Shown here: one piece after another, positions 18,415-29,096 of the stretch
How the letters are laid out: the number at the start of each line of letters is the position of its first letter
Position numbering within the stretch: the first letter of the stretch is position 1
DNA from: Chthoniobacteraceae bacterium
GTDB lineage: Bacteria > Verrucomicrobiota > Verrucomicrobiia > Chthoniobacterales > Chthoniobacteraceae
Direction of reading: 5' to 3'
DNA: 64,000 nt
NCBI GenBank assembly: GCA_040081625.1
Contig: JBEBGD010000004.1
Location: 54,051 to 118,050, forward strand
Translations under genes and position numbers: made by a program
The notes under the pieces: generated by a model
What the model was told of the DNA's origin: nothing
The model's input: the letters and a program-made list of their open reading frames with translations, nothing else
Databases searched by the model: none

Positions 18415-19935
18415 TTAACGCGGCTCCAGCCGCACATACGGCAGCAGCCCATGCACGCCGCCTTCGCGACCGAAGCCGCTCTCCTTGTATCCGCCGAACG
18501 GGCTCGTCGGGTCGAACTTGTTATACGTGTTCGCCCAGACCACGCCCGCGCGCAGCTTGCTCACCATCTTGAAAATTTTACTCCCCTTGTCGGTCCACAC
18601 GCCGGCGCTCAGGCCATAAGGCGTGTTGTTCGCGCGCTCGATCGCCTCCTCCGGCGTGCGGAAGGTCATCACACTTAGCACCGGCCCGAAGATCTCCTCC
18701 TGCGCGATGCGATGACTCGCCGTCACGCCTGTGATGAGGCTCGGCGGAAACCAGTAACCCTTCGCCGGCAGCGCGCACCGCGGCTGGATGAGCTCGCCGC
18801 CTTCGTCCACTCCCGCCTGCACGAGCTCGCGGATTTTCTCGAGCTGCGGCTTCGAGTTGATCGCACCGATGTCCGTATTCTTGTCGAGCGGATCGCCGAC
18901 GCGCAGCGTCTTGATGCGGTCGCCGAGCTTGCGCAACACGCGCGCAAAGACGCCCTCCTGCACGAGCAGCCGCGAGCCCGCGCAGCACACGTGGCCCTGG
19001 TTGAAAAAGATGCCGTTGATGATGCCTTCGACCGCCTGGTCGATCGGCGCGTCCTCGAAAATCAAATGCGCGGCCTTCCCGCCGAGCTCGAGCGTGAGCC
19101 GCTTCCGCGTCGCCGCGACGGACTTCGCGAGCAGCTTGCCCACGTCGGTCGAGCCGGTGAACGCGAGCTTGTCCACGTCTCCGTGCTCGACGAGCGCGCG
19201 CCCCGTCTCGCCCGCGCCGGTCACGATGTTCACCACGCCATCGGGCAACTCCGCTTCGCGCAAAATCTCCGCGAGATGCATCGCGCTCACGCTCGTCGTC
19301 TCCGCCGGTTTCAAGACGACGGTATTCCCGCAAGCGAGCGCCGGCGCAAGTTTCCACGCGGCCATGAGCAACGGGAAATTCCACGGGATGATCTGCCCGC
19401 ACACGCCCACCGGCGCGGCCTTCCGTCCGGGGAAGGCGTAGTCGAGTTTGTCCGCCCAGCCCGCGTGATAGAAGAAGTGCGCCGCCACCTGCGGCAGGTC
19501 AAAGTCGCGCGATTCCTTGATCGGCTTGCCGCCGTCCATCGTCTCGACGATCGCAAGCTCACGCGCCTTCTCCTGCACGATGCGCGCGATCCGGTAGAGA
19601 TACTTCCCGCGCTCGCGCCCCTGCAGCCGCGACCAACTCTTGAATGCGCGCCGCGCCGCCGCGACCGCCGCATCGACATCCGCCGCGCCGCCGAGCGCGA
19701 CTTCCGCGAGCGGCTTCTCGTTCGCGGGATTCAGCGATGGGAAATACTTCCCCGATTTCGGCACGACGAACTTCCCGCCGACGAACAACTCGTAGCGCGG
19801 CGCGATCTTCACGGGCACCGACTCCGGCGCCGGCGCATACGCCCACTTCCCGCCGAAGCTCAACCGTCGCTCCGCCGCCGGCACGACGGGATGCTCAGCG
19901 ACGACGGCGATGGAACGGGAGGCTTTGCGAGGCAT
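18415..19935 (-). CDS. Aldehyde dehydrogenase
   Basis: IIPWNFP, FTGST, LELGGK, GHVCCAGSR, EEIFGPV. Confidence 0.95.
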   Translation of the reverse strand: MPRKASRSIAVVAEHPVVPAAERRLSFGGKWAYAPAPESVPVKIAPRYELFVGGKFVVPKSGKYFPSLNPANEKPLAEVALGGAADVDAAVAAARRAFKSWSRLQGRERGKYLYRIARIVQEKARELAIVETMDGGKPIKESRDFDLPQVAAHFFYHAGWADKLDYAFPGRKAAPVGVCGQIIPWNFPLLMAAWKLAPALACGNTVVLKPAETTSVSAMHLAEILREAELPDGVVNIVTGAGETGRALVEHGDVDKLAFTGSTDVGKLLAKSVAATRKRLTLELGGKAAHLIFEDAPIDQAVEGIINGIFFNQGHVCCAGSRLLVQEGVFARVLRKLGDRIKTLRVGDPLDKNTDIGAINSKPQLEKIRELVQAGVDEGGELIQPRCALPAKGYWFPPSLITGVTASHRIAQEEIFGPVLSVMTFRTPEEAIERANNTPYGLSAGVWTDKGSKIFKMVSKLRAGVVWANTYNKFDPTSPFGGYKESGFGREGGVHGLLPYVRLEPR

Positions 19936-20002
19936 GACGCGGAGAATCCCTGCCGATACGCGCGGTTGCAAGCGTCCGCGCAAAACGCTTTTCCATGCGT
20001 TC

Positions 20003-21337
20003 ATGTCCCGCTTCCTCCTCACGCTCATCGCACTCGCCCTCTCCGCCGTCGCCGCTGAGAAGCCGAATATCCTCATCATCGTCGCCGACGACCTCGGCTA
20101 CGCGGACATCGGCTTCCAGGGCGCGAAGGACGTGCCCACTCCCCACCTCGATGCACTCGCCGCGCGCAGCGTGCGCTGCACGAGCGGCTACGTCTCGCAT
20201 CCGTTTTGCAGCCCGACGCGCGCGGGTCTGCTGACCGGGCGTTACCAGCAGCGCTTCGGCCACGAAAACAATCCCGCATGGCTCCCGGAAAGCACCGTCG
20301 CCGGCCTGCCGCTCTCCGAGACGACCATGCCGCAGGTCATCGCGAGCGCCGGTTACAAGACCGGCGCGGTCGGCAAGTGGCACCTCGGCGCACATCCGCA
20401 GTTCCATCCGAACCGGCGCGGGTTCGCCGACTACTTCGGAGCCCTCGGCGGCGGGCACATCTACATGCCCGGCAGCAAAGGCGGCGCGGAATACAACATC
20501 CCGCTCGACCGCAATGGCGCTCCCGAAACGCACACGAAGTATCTCACCGACCACTTCGGCGAGGAAGCCGCCGCCTTCATCTCGCGCCATGAGAAGCAGC
20601 CGTGGCTGCTGTATCTCGCGTTCAACGCGCCGCACACGCCGATGCAGGCGACGGAAAAGTATCTCGACCGCGTGAAGACGATCGCCGACGAAAAGCGTCG
20701 CACCTACGCCGCGATGATCTGCGCGATGGACGACGCGATCGGCGCTGCGCTCGCCGCCGTGAAAGCCGCCGGCGACGAGGAGAAAACGCTCGTCTTTTTC
20801 ATCAGCGACAACGGCGGACCGATCTCGGTGAACGCCTCGCTCAACACGCCGCTCAACGGCGCGAAAGGCAGCGTGCAGGAGGGCGGCGTCCGCGTGCCCT
20901 TCCTCGTGTCGTGGCCCGCAAAGCTCCCGCGCGGGAAAGACTACGCGCAGCCGGTGATCGCGCTCGATTTCTTCGCCACCGCGGTCGCCGTGAGCGGCGC
21001 GACGCTGCCCGCCGGCGTGAAGCTCGACGGAGTGAATCTCATCCCCTTCCTCTCCGGCGAAATGACCGGCGCGCCGCACAAACACCTGTTCTGGCGCACC
21101 GGCGGCGGCGACCAGCTCGCCGTGCGCGCGGGCGATTGGAAGTGGATGCGCCGGCAGGGCGGACAGCCGCAGCTCTACAATCTCGCGAGCGACATCGGCG
21201 AAGCGACCGACATCGCCGCGAAGGAACCCGCGAAGGCCGCTGAGTTGGAGAAGATCGCGCTGGCGTGGAGCGCCGAACTCGTGCGCCCGATCTTCGAGAG
21301 CCCGAAGCCCGGGAAGAAGCAGCCCGCAAAGAAGTGA
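20003..21337 (+). CDS. Sulfatase (arylsulfatase A-like)
   Basis: PNILIIVADDLG, canonical CSPTR, GKWHLG. Confidence 0.93.
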   Translation: MSRFLLTLIALALSAVAAEKPNILIIVADDLGYADIGFQGAKDVPTPHLDALAARSVRCTSGYVSHPFCSPTRAGLLTGRYQQRFGHENNPAWLPESTVAGLPLSETTMPQVIASAGYKTGAVGKWHLGAHPQFHPNRRGFADYFGALGGGHIYMPGSKGGAEYNIPLDRNGAPETHTKYLTDHFGEEAAAFISRHEKQPWLLYLAFNAPHTPMQATEKYLDRVKTIADEKRRTYAAMICAMDDAIGAALAAVKAAGDEEKTLVFFISDNGGPISVNASLNTPLNGAKGSVQEGGVRVPFLVSWPAKLPRGKDYAQPVIALDFFATAVAVSGATLPAGVKLDGVNLIPFLSGEMTGAPHKHLFWRTGGGDQLAVRAGDWKWMRRQGGQPQLYNLASDIGEATDIAAKEPAKAAELEKIALAWSAELVRPIFESPKPGKKQPAKK

Positions 21338-22143
21338 GCCCGTTGCGTTCTCTCGTCCTCCTCGCACTCGCGTCGGCAGCACTGCGCGCCGCGGACGTGC
21401 CCGAGATTCTCGCGACCGAGGACGGCGTGCGCTTCGGTCTCTGGCCGCATCGCCCCGCGCAGGCAGCGCCGATCGTTTTCGTCCTCTCGGGCGCCATCGA
21501 CGACTCGCTCACGTCGCGCTATTTCCGCCAGGCCGCGCAGTTTCTCATCGAGGACGGCATCGTGTGTGTGTCGGTGGATTTGCCGTGTCACGGGCAGGAC
21601 TCTCGGCCGAAGGATAGCGGACTCGGTGGCTGGCGCGCGCGCGCCGTGGCTGGCAACGACTTCGTGGCCGATGTCACCACGCGGCTGCGCAAGGTGCTCG
21701 ACCATCTCATCAAATCCGGCATCGCCGACCCGCAGCGCATCGCCGCGCTCGGCACGTCGCGCGGCGGATTCGTCGCGCTGCACTTCGCGGCGGCGGATAC
21801 GCGCGTGAAAGCCGTGATGGGCTTCGCGCCGTTGATTGACCTCGCGAAGATTTCCGAGTTCCGCGGCGCGGAAGACGACCCGCTCGTGCAAAAGCTCGCG
21901 CTTGAAAAACAGGCCGACGCACTCGCGGGCCGCTCCGTGTGGCTCGTGATCGGCGACCGCGACGCACGCGTGAGCACCGACGCGACGATCGCCTTCGCCC
22001 GCGCCGTCACCGCCGCATCGCTCGCGAAGAGTCTCCCCGCGCTGGTCGATCTTCATGTCATCGCGGAGCCGAAAGGCCACACCGTCCCCGCCGGCACCGC
22101 CGAACTCGGCGCGAAGTGGCTGCGCGAAAAACTGCTCAAGTAA
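21334..22143 (+). CDS. Secreted alpha/beta hydrolase
   Basis: DLPCHG, GTSRGG, GDRD, GH; GTGA overlap. Confidence 0.8.
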   Translation: MSPLRSLVLLALASAALRAADVPEILATEDGVRFGLWPHRPAQAAPIVFVLSGAIDDSLTSRYFRQAAQFLIEDGIVCVSVDLPCHGQDSRPKDSGLGGWRARAVAGNDFVADVTTRLRKVLDHLIKSGIADPQRIAALGTSRGGFVALHFAAADTRVKAVMGFAPLIDLAKISEFRGAEDDPLVQKLALEKQADALAGRSVWLVIGDRDARVSTDATIAFARAVTAASLAKSLPALVDLHVIAEPKGHTVPAGTAELGAKWLREKLLK

Positions 22144-22181
22144 CATGCGCCAGCACCGAACGCCAGCCGGGTCCGGGCCGC

Positions 22182-22733
22182 CTAGTTCGCCGCACTCCAA
22201 TCCACCGCGACGCGCAGCTTCTTCTTGAACTTGTCCGTGTAGTGCAACTCGCCGTGCGCGAGCCCGTGCTCATGCACGAGCCGCGTGCATTTCACATCGA
22301 AGCAGCAATACTCGGCGATCTCGAGCAGCCGCCCTTCGCGCCACCAGCGGATCGCGTCGAGGCCCTCGGCGGTCTTGCCGACCCCGAGCGTGGCGGTCGC
22401 GATGGCGTCGAGGCTGAGGCGATGGCCGAGCGTCTTCTCGACCTCGACAAGCATGTCGAGCGTGCGGCACTGGTGCGGCAGGTCGAGAACGGTGTAACCC
22501 ATGAGCACTTCGTAGTCGAAGTTGATCACGTTGAAGCCGACGACGAGGTCCGCGCGCACAAGTTGATCGACGAGCGCGAGCACGTCTTTCTCCGAGTAGA
22601 TGCGATACTCGCCGAGTCGCGTGGAGTAGGTCACGCCGATCGACATGCCCATATCGCGCTTGCGGCCCCAGCCGCCGACGTCGTTGGCGGTGCGCTGCGT
22701 TTCGAGATCGAAATAGACGATGTCGCGGGACAT
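22182..22733 (-). CDS. Stand-alone RNase H-like (DEDD/YprB-type) exonuclease domain protein
   Basis: YFDLETQ, VVGFNVINFD, YCCFDV. Confidence 0.82.
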   Translation of the reverse strand: MSRDIVYFDLETQRTANDVGGWGRKRDMGMSIGVTYSTRLGEYRIYSEKDVLALVDQLVRADLVVGFNVINFDYEVLMGYTVLDLPHQCRTLDMLVEVEKTLGHRLSLDAIATATLGVGKTAEGLDAIRWWREGRLLEIAEYCCFDVKCTRLVHEHGLAHGELHYTDKFKKKLRVAVDWSAAN

Positions 22734-22752
22734 GAGCGCGGGAGTTAGCGCG

Positions 22753-23892
22753 CTACTTTGCGCCGGTCCATTCGTATTCGCCGGCGTCGAAGGCCATCAT
22801 CTGGTCGAGCTTGCGGACGCGGTATTCCTCGATCACCGCGCCGTCGCTCTGCCACAGCGTGATCGCGCCGTCGGCCTCGCGCGTGAGCGCGGCCCACTTG
22901 AGGTGCGGCGTGGTGGTGAGGCGGTGCAGGGGAAGGCCATCGACGGTGCGAAGCAGGCTGCCCTTCTCGTCGATGGCGACGCCCACTTGCAGCGCGGCCG
23001 GCGCGACCTGGATCAGCTCGTTACGCATCAAGGCGACGCGCACTTTCTCCTCGGCTACGGGCGGCTGCTCGCGGCCCATCGCCGGCGCGGCCTGTGCGAA
23101 CGTCTCCTGAGCGGCGATGGACTTGGTCAGAAAAATCTCCCACTCCGAAATCTTTTTCCCGTCCGCTTCCGACTTGGTTTCCTTCAGCCGGAGAGCGCGC
23201 AGACGCAGCTCGTTTGCGCCGCGCTCGATCAGGAAAAGTTCGTCGCGATCCGGCGCGGCGGCGAGGGCGAAGGGCTTCGGTTCCTCCGCCGGAAACTCGA
23301 GTTCGCGCAGCAGTTCGTCGCCGCTGCGCTGAGTGAGCACGCCGTCCTCGATCCGCCACACGCTCTCGCTCGCGCCCGGCACTTCGCGGGCGGGCTGCGC
23401 GGAATTTTCCGTCGGCGCGATGCTGTGTTCGCCGGAATCGAGATGCAGCCGCACGAGCACCGGGGCAGCCTCCACACTCATCGCGTCGAGCAGAAGCTCG
23501 CGACCGTCGAGCCGCACCGCGCGCAGTTCGCGCACGCGCGGCGCTTCGTCGTCGTCGAGCCAGTCGTTTCCGTGAAAGGCGACGCCCTCGATCTCGACAT
23601 CGCCGACGGCGAATCCGCGCGCGAAGTATTTCCCCGCGGGCAGCGGCGCGCCAGCGTCGTCATTGCCGTCCCAATTCGCCATGAGTCCATTGAGCCCGAT
23701 GATGAAGGCGTCGTCCTGCGCCTCGGCGGCGAGCACGCGGACGAGCCGGCCTTCGACGGAAAAAACGCCGACGCTCATCGTGCCGTCGAGCGGCGGCGGG
23801 AGGAAGGTGATGCGGACGCCCTTGGGCGGTTCATCCTGCGCGCAGGCGAGGCCCGCGATCGCTGCGATCAGCGCCAGTCGCAGGCTACGCAT
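22753..23892 (-). CDS. Exported hypothetical protein with FlgD-like Ig segment
   Basis: Signal peptide; SVGVFSVEGRLVRVL...WDGNDDAGAPLPAGKY. Confidence 0.65.
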   Translation of the reverse strand: MRSLRLALIAAIAGLACAQDEPPKGVRITFLPPPLDGTMSVGVFSVEGRLVRVLAAEAQDDAFIIGLNGLMANWDGNDDAGAPLPAGKYFARGFAVGDVEIEGVAFHGNDWLDDDEAPRVRELRAVRLDGRELLLDAMSVEAAPVLVRLHLDSGEHSIAPTENSAQPAREVPGASESVWRIEDGVLTQRSGDELLRELEFPAEEPKPFALAAAPDRDELFLIERGANELRLRALRLKETKSEADGKKISEWEIFLTKSIAAQETFAQAAPAMGREQPPVAEEKVRVALMRNELIQVAPAALQVGVAIDEKGSLLRTVDGLPLHRLTTTPHLKWAALTREADGAITLWQSDGAVIEEYRVRKLDQMMAFDAGEYEWTGAK

Positions 23893-25483
23893 ACACCCGC
23901 CAGTCGAGGTTCGGGAAGATGTTGTCGCGCCACTCGCTGTCCTCGAGGAACTGCTCATCGACGAACTCCGCGAGCACCTGGTCGTAGAGACGCGTGAAGC
24001 GGAGGACGTGCTGCTTCGTGCGCCGCGTCGCGTAGTTGCGCGCCGTGCCGGTCTTCATGAGGAAGGCCCAGTCGCTGGCCTGCGCGAGTAAAAGTTCGCG
24101 CGCCATCTGCGCGAGTGCGCGATCGACCAGTGGCGGCAATTTCTCGCGACGGATGTAGATGCGGGCGAGTTCGGTCATACGACGCGCGGCGGCGTGGAGA
24201 TGGGGATAAATCCACTGGTTGGATTCGTCGAGCCAGACTTCCCAGTATCCGTGGTTCCCCCAGCTCGACGTGCCCGGCGCGACCAGTTGCAGCGTCTGGT
24301 TCTGCGCGAGGTATCGGCTGGGCGTGGTGAAGGTGAACTCCGCCTGGTCATACGCGGCCTTGCGGATGAAGAGCTCGAGCCACTCCACGCCCTCGAACCA
24401 CCAGTGCCCGAAAAGCTCCGCGTCGAATGGCGCGACGATGATCGGCGGCACATCCATCAACTCGCGGAGCTGCGCGATCTGCTGCGCGCGCTGCGCCATG
24501 AAATGCGACGAGTGCGCCTCGACCGCGGCCATCGCCCATGCGCGATTGTAGATCTCCTTCGCCGCCGGACCGCGCCCGGTGATGCGGTGGTATTTGAGCC
24601 CCGTGAATTTCTGCCGGCCGTCCGGGCCGAGGAACGGACGCATGTATTCCTGGGAAAGATCGAAGCCGATGTCGCGGTAGAAATCGCGATACGCCGGGTC
24701 GCCGGGGTAGCCGACCTCGGCGCTCCAGACCTGGCGCGAAGACTCGCGATCCCGCCCGAACACCGCCGGGCCCGCGGGCGTGAAGACCGGGGCGTAGATC
24801 GCGTATTGCGGACGCGGCGTGCCAAACACGAGGCCGTGCGCATCGAGCACGAACCACCGGATTTCCTCCTCGGCGAGGAACGACTCGAGCCCGCAAAAGT
24901 AAGCGCACTCGGGCAGCCAGATGCCGCGCGGATCGCGACCGAAGATCTCGCGGTGATGCTCGCGGGCGATGCGGATCTGCGCATGCACGGCCTCGGGGAA
25001 CTCCTCCATCAGCGGCAGGAACCCGTGCGTCGCGGCGCACGTGATGATCTCGATGATGCCGCGCTCTTCGAGCACCGCGAACGCGCCGACCAGATCGCGC
25101 CGCCAGCGCTCCTCCCACGCCTGCCGGGCGCGCGTCAGCCGGTCGTGGTAAAGCCGCACGACCTCGCCGAGCGCCGCGTCGTCGCGGGTGCGGTGCAGCT
25201 CGCTTTCCACGAGCGCGAGAGAGCGATCGAGCTGCCGCGTGTAGCGCTCCTGGAGCAGCGGATCGCGCAGCATGTGGCAGAGCGGCGGCGTGAGCGAGAT
25301 GGTCAGCGCAAACGGAACGCCGTCGTCCGCGAGCCGGTGCAGCGCATCGAGCAGCGGGAGGTAGGTCTCGGTGATCGCCTCGTAGAGCCAGTCCTCCTCG
25401 AGAAATTCCTCGTGCTCCGGGTGGCGCACATACGGCAGGTGCGCGTGGAGGATCAGGGCGAGGTAGCCGGCGGGGGCAGCCAT
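23885..25483 (-). CDS. GH57 1,4-alpha-glucan branching enzyme (DUF1957)
   Basis: LHAHLPYV, GIWLPECAY, FDAELFGHWWFEG, AQASDWAF. Confidence 0.93.
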   Translation of the reverse strand: MAAPAGYLALILHAHLPYVRHPEHEEFLEEDWLYEAITETYLPLLDALHRLADDGVPFALTISLTPPLCHMLRDPLLQERYTRQLDRSLALVESELHRTRDDAALGEVVRLYHDRLTRARQAWEERWRRDLVGAFAVLEERGIIEIITCAATHGFLPLMEEFPEAVHAQIRIAREHHREIFGRDPRGIWLPECAYFCGLESFLAEEEIRWFVLDAHGLVFGTPRPQYAIYAPVFTPAGPAVFGRDRESSRQVWSAEVGYPGDPAYRDFYRDIGFDLSQEYMRPFLGPDGRQKFTGLKYHRITGRGPAAKEIYNRAWAMAAVEAHSSHFMAQRAQQIAQLRELMDVPPIIVAPFDAELFGHWWFEGVEWLELFIRKAAYDQAEFTFTTPSRYLAQNQTLQLVAPGTSSWGNHGYWEVWLDESNQWIYPHLHAAARRMTELARIYIRREKLPPLVDRALAQMARELLLAQASDWAFLMKTGTARNYATRRTKQHVLRFTRLYDQVLAEFVDEQFLEDSEWRDNIFPNLDWRVYA

Positions 25484-25519
25484 GCGCGTGTGGGCTGGAG
25501 CGGGTCGTGGTCGCGCCGC

Positions 25520-26218
25520 TCAGCGCAGGGCTGGCGCAGCCGCGGCATCGCCCGCGACCGGCTGCTCGCGCTTGATCCAGCCGAGATCGTAAAAGACCTC
25601 GATGAAGTTGATCTGCTTCACGGCCGGGAAGCTGCGCAGCGCGCTCGCGATCCACTCGCGGGCCTTCGCGTCGTTGCCATGCGCGAAATCCCACGCGGAA
25701 TGGGCGTAAAAGGAGATCGGCGTGTCGTTGATGAGCGGGATCGCCTCCAGCCGCGCACGCGCCTGCACGTCGTTCTTCTCGAGCAGGTAGGTCAGGAAGA
25801 TGCGGAACTTGATCAGGTCATTGCCCTTCTCCTCCTTGAGCAAATCCTCGAGCACCGCGCGCGCTTCCGCATACTGGCCCTGGATGAAGGGAATCTCCGC
25901 GAGGTTGAAGCGGGCCGGGAAAAACTTCGGGTCGAGCTTGAGCGCCTTCTGGCAAAAGTCCCGCCCCTCGTCGAAGCGCTTCCCCTCGATCGCGATCGCA
26001 CCGAGGATGTTCAGCGACATCGTCGTCGGCTTGTGGGCCGCGTCGGCTTTCTCGATCGTCTCGCGCGCCTTGCCGAAATCGCGAACCGTGAACGCCTTCA
26101 TCGCCTCGATGATCGCGTCGCGGTAAGTGGTCGGGGCGTCCTTGAGCGGATCCTCGGCCGCGGTGGCGAGGCCGGAGACGAGCACTGCAAAGAAGGAGGC
26201 AAACAGGATGGGGCGCAT
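25520..26218 (-). CDS. Exported TPR protein
   Basis: Signal peptide; TPR motifs (KALKLDPKFFPARFNLA). Confidence 0.8.
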   Translation of the reverse strand: MRPILFASFFAVLVSGLATAAEDPLKDAPTTYRDAIIEAMKAFTVRDFGKARETIEKADAAHKPTTMSLNILGAIAIEGKRFDEGRDFCQKALKLDPKFFPARFNLAEIPFIQGQYAEARAVLEDLLKEEKGNDLIKFRIFLTYLLEKNDVQARARLEAIPLINDTPISFYAHSAWDFAHGNDAKAREWIASALRSFPAVKQINFIEVFYDLGWIKREQPVAGDAAAAPALR

Positions 26219-26277
26219 GGGTGACGAACGACTAGCCGACGCGCCGCGGAAAGGAACCTCGATTTTTTCCGCCGCCG

Positions 26278-26718
26278 CTACTTCTTCACGAACTTCTCGA
26301 GCTCGGCGATGAACGCCTTCGGCCCGCCCTCCATGTAGCCGAGCCGGCCGAGCACCTTCCCATCGCCATCGAGCACGAGCACCGTCGGGAAGCCCTCGAT
26401 CTTGTATTTCTCCGCGAGCTTGTTGTTCGCGTCGGCCTGCGCCTTCGGCAGCGGCTTGATCTGCGGGAAGTCCACCATCACCAGCTCATACTTGTCCTTC
26501 ACGTAGTCCTTGAACTCCGCCTTCGAGAAAATCTCCGCATCGAGCACCTTGCACCAGTGGCACCAGTCCGAGCCGGTGAAATCGACCAGCGCGGGCTTGC
26601 CGGAAGCCTTGGCCTTGGCGAGGCCCTTCTCGAAGTCATCCTCCCATCCGCCCTTGGCGAAAAGCGGCGCGGACAATGCGAACGTGAGGGCGAGAGCGGA
26701 GATGAGGCGGAGATTCAT
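26278..26718 (-). CDS. Thioredoxin-family protein (DsbH-like)
   Basis: DFTGSDWCHWC, GFPT. Confidence 0.9.
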   Translation of the reverse strand: MNLRLISALALTFALSAPLFAKGGWEDDFEKGLAKAKASGKPALVDFTGSDWCHWCKVLDAEIFSKAEFKDYVKDKYELVMVDFPQIKPLPKAQADANNKLAEKYKIEGFPTVLVLDGDGKVLGRLGYMEGGPKAFIAELEKFVKK

Positions 26719-26752
26719 GGTCGTGAAAAGACACGGCCTGCCGGGCACCCGT

Positions 26753-27655
26753 TCATTTCGCCTCCGAGAAATATTTCAGCCCCGCCGCGCCGATGACCGC
26801 CAGCACCCCGCCCACCGTCGCGCGGCGCGTGGGCCGTTCGCGATCGATCAGCCACGTCAGCAGCATCGTCACCAGCGGCGAAGTGGCCACGATCGGCAGC
26901 ACGATCCCGCTCGGCGTCGTCCGCAGCGCCCATTGATAACACGCCACGCCAAGCGCCGGCCCCGAGAGCGCGTTCGCCACGATCAGCGGCGAAGCGCGCC
27001 GCCACTCCGCCGCGCCGAGCGTGCCGGGCTGCGGCCGCATCCGCTTGAAGAAGATGTATGCGAGCGCCGTGACCGTGATGCCCGCGAGGATGCGCTGATA
27101 CGCCGCCGTGCCGCCATCGACCAGCGAGCCCGCCAGCGCCGCCACATCATTCGCCTTGCGCGAAGTCACCGCCCCGAGCGCCTGCCCCGCCGCCGAGCCG
27201 ACGCCGCAAGCGACGCCGATCCAAAACGTCGCGCGGCCGCCCTCGAAGCTGCGATCCGGCGCCAGCGCAAACGCGACCCCCGCGAGGATCACCGCCGAGC
27301 AGAGCACCTCCGAAGTGTGCAGCGTCGTGCCGAGCCACAGCCACTCGGCCAGCGCCGCGATCGGCGCGGCGAGGCATTGCGTGAGCAGGATCGTCAACCG
27401 CGGGCCGATCCGCTCGATCGACGCAAAGAGCGCCATGTCCCCGAGCCCGAAACCGATCACGCCGCTGAGAAAAAACCACGGCAACCCCGCGCCGCCGAGC
27501 CCTCCGCCAAACGCATGCGCCCACACCGCGAGCAGCACCGCCGCCAGCGTCATGCGCGAGAGATTCGCCGTCGCCCCGCCGACGATGCGCGAGGAGCGCG
27601 CGGCGGTGATGACCGAGAGCGAAAAGAAAACCGTGGTGAGAAGCGAAGCGAGCAC
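26753..27655 (-). CDS. DMT/EamA family transporter
   Basis: ~10 TM; LSGVIGFGLGD, IGPRL; GTG start inferred. Confidence 0.85.
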   Translation of the reverse strand: MLASLLTTVFFSLSVITAARSSRIVGGATANLSRMTLAAVLLAVWAHAFGGGLGGAGLPWFFLSGVIGFGLGDMALFASIERIGPRLTILLTQCLAAPIAALAEWLWLGTTLHTSEVLCSAVILAGVAFALAPDRSFEGGRATFWIGVACGVGSAAGQALGAVTSRKANDVAALAGSLVDGGTAAYQRILAGITVTALAYIFFKRMRPQPGTLGAAEWRRASPLIVANALSGPALGVACYQWALRTTPSGIVLPIVATSPLVTMLLTWLIDRERPTRRATVGGVLAVIGAAGLKYFSEAK

Positions 27656-27712
27656 GAGGCCGCGCAGTAAGCCGCACCCTCCGCGGCGTGGCAAAGCAAA
27701 GCGCCGGGAACG

Positions 27713-28363
27713 CTAAGGCGAGAGGCGCTCGATCTTCCAGCCCTCGACGGTGCGTGTGTAGCGAAGGCGGTCGTGCAGGCGGCTGCGGCGGCCCTGCCAG
27801 AATTCGATGGTGCGCGGGATGACGCGGAAGCCGCCCCAGTTCGGCGGGCACGGGATGTTAGCTTCGCCGTGTTGCGCCCTGGCTTCGTCGTAGCGCTGCT
27901 CGAGCACGGCGCGGTCGGGGATGGCTTCGCTCTGCGTCGAGGCCCACGCGCCGAGCTGGCTGGCGATGGGGCGGCTGGCGAAATAGGCTTCGCTCTCCTC
28001 GCGGCCGGTGGGCGCGGCGTGGCCGATGATATGCACCTGCCGCTCGAGCGGCAGCCAGAGGAAGGTGAGCGAGCAGCGCGGCTCGCGCAGGAGGTGGCGG
28101 GCCTTGGCGCTTTCGTAGTTCGTGAAGAAGGTGAAGCCGCGCTGGTCGCAGGCTTTCAATAGTAACGTGCGCGTCCACGGCTGGCCCTGGTCATCGACGG
28201 TGGCGAGGATCATGGCGTTCGGCTCGGGGATCTGCTGCCCGGTGGCTTCGTGCAGCCAGTGGTGGAATTGCTCGACGGGGTCGGGCGCGAGGTCGGCCCG
28301 GCGCAGGCCGCGCTGGGCGTAGTCGAGGCGGAGGGCGGCGAGTTGTTCGGGCGTCAGTGGCAT
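27713..28363 (-). CDS. pdxH: Pyridoxamine 5'-phosphate oxidase
   Basis: EPNAMILAT, FFTNYES, YFASRP, EFWQGRRSRLHDR. Confidence 0.96.
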   Translation of the reverse strand: MPLTPEQLAALRLDYAQRGLRRADLAPDPVEQFHHWLHEATGQQIPEPNAMILATVDDQGQPWTRTLLLKACDQRGFTFFTNYESAKARHLLREPRCSLTFLWLPLERQVHIIGHAAPTGREESEAYFASRPIASQLGAWASTQSEAIPDRAVLEQRYDEARAQHGEANIPCPPNWGGFRVIPRTIEFWQGRRSRLHDRLRYTRTVEGWKIERLSP

Positions 28364-28364
28364 T

Positions 28365-28973
28365 TCAGTCCTGGAGAAAGGGATTGGTGGTGCGCTCGCG
28401 GCCGAGGGTGGTGGCGGGGCCGTGGCCGGGGAGCACTTTCACGTCGTCGCCGAGCGGGAAGAGCTTCGTGCGGATGCCGCCGAAGAGCAGGTCGCGGTCG
28501 CCGCCGGGCAGGTCCCAGCGGCCGACGCCGCCGGCGAAGAGCACGTCGCCGCCGAAGAGGACGCGCGTGGCTTTCCAAAGCAGGCAGAGGCTGCCGGGGC
28601 AGTGGCCGGGGACGTGGAGCACGTGGAAATCGATGCCCTGGAGTTCGAGCGCGGGCGCTTCGTCGATGATCTCGCCGCCGGTGACGGGCTCGATTTCCCA
28701 CTGGAAACCGAGCTTCAGGAAGAAGTCGCGCTCGGTGATCATCGGCTGGGTGAGCGGGTGGAAGGCGACGCGGCAGCCGTGTTCGCGCTGGATGCGGGCG
28801 GCGTCCCAGACGTGGTCGATGTGGCCGTGGGTGAGCACGAGCAGTTCGACGCGATGGCCGCTGGCGCGCAGCCAGTCGGCGGTGTCCTGCGGGGCGTCGA
28901 TGAGCACGTTGGCGCCGGGCACGAAGAAGCAGTTCGTGTCGAAGACGCCGCCGGTGAATGTGTCGATCTGCAT
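28365..28973 (-). CDS. MBL-fold metallo-hydrolase (glyoxalase II-like)
   Basis: THGHIDH, PGHCPG, GDVLF, PGHG. Confidence 0.9.
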   Translation of the reverse strand: MQIDTFTGGVFDTNCFFVPGANVLIDAPQDTADWLRASGHRVELLVLTHGHIDHVWDAARIQREHGCRVAFHPLTQPMITERDFFLKLGFQWEIEPVTGGEIIDEAPALELQGIDFHVLHVPGHCPGSLCLLWKATRVLFGGDVLFAGGVGRWDLPGGDRDLLFGGIRTKLFPLGDDVKVLPGHGPATTLGRERTTNPFLQD

Positions 28974-29096
28974 GGGCGGACCCATACGGACGGGGCGGCG
29001 GGTGACGAGAGAAACCTGCGCCGCAGAGCCGCCAAAACTGACGCGATGCCCGCCTTGTGCTTTATGGAAGTTCTGCAAATGTCGCCCGCCGATTCT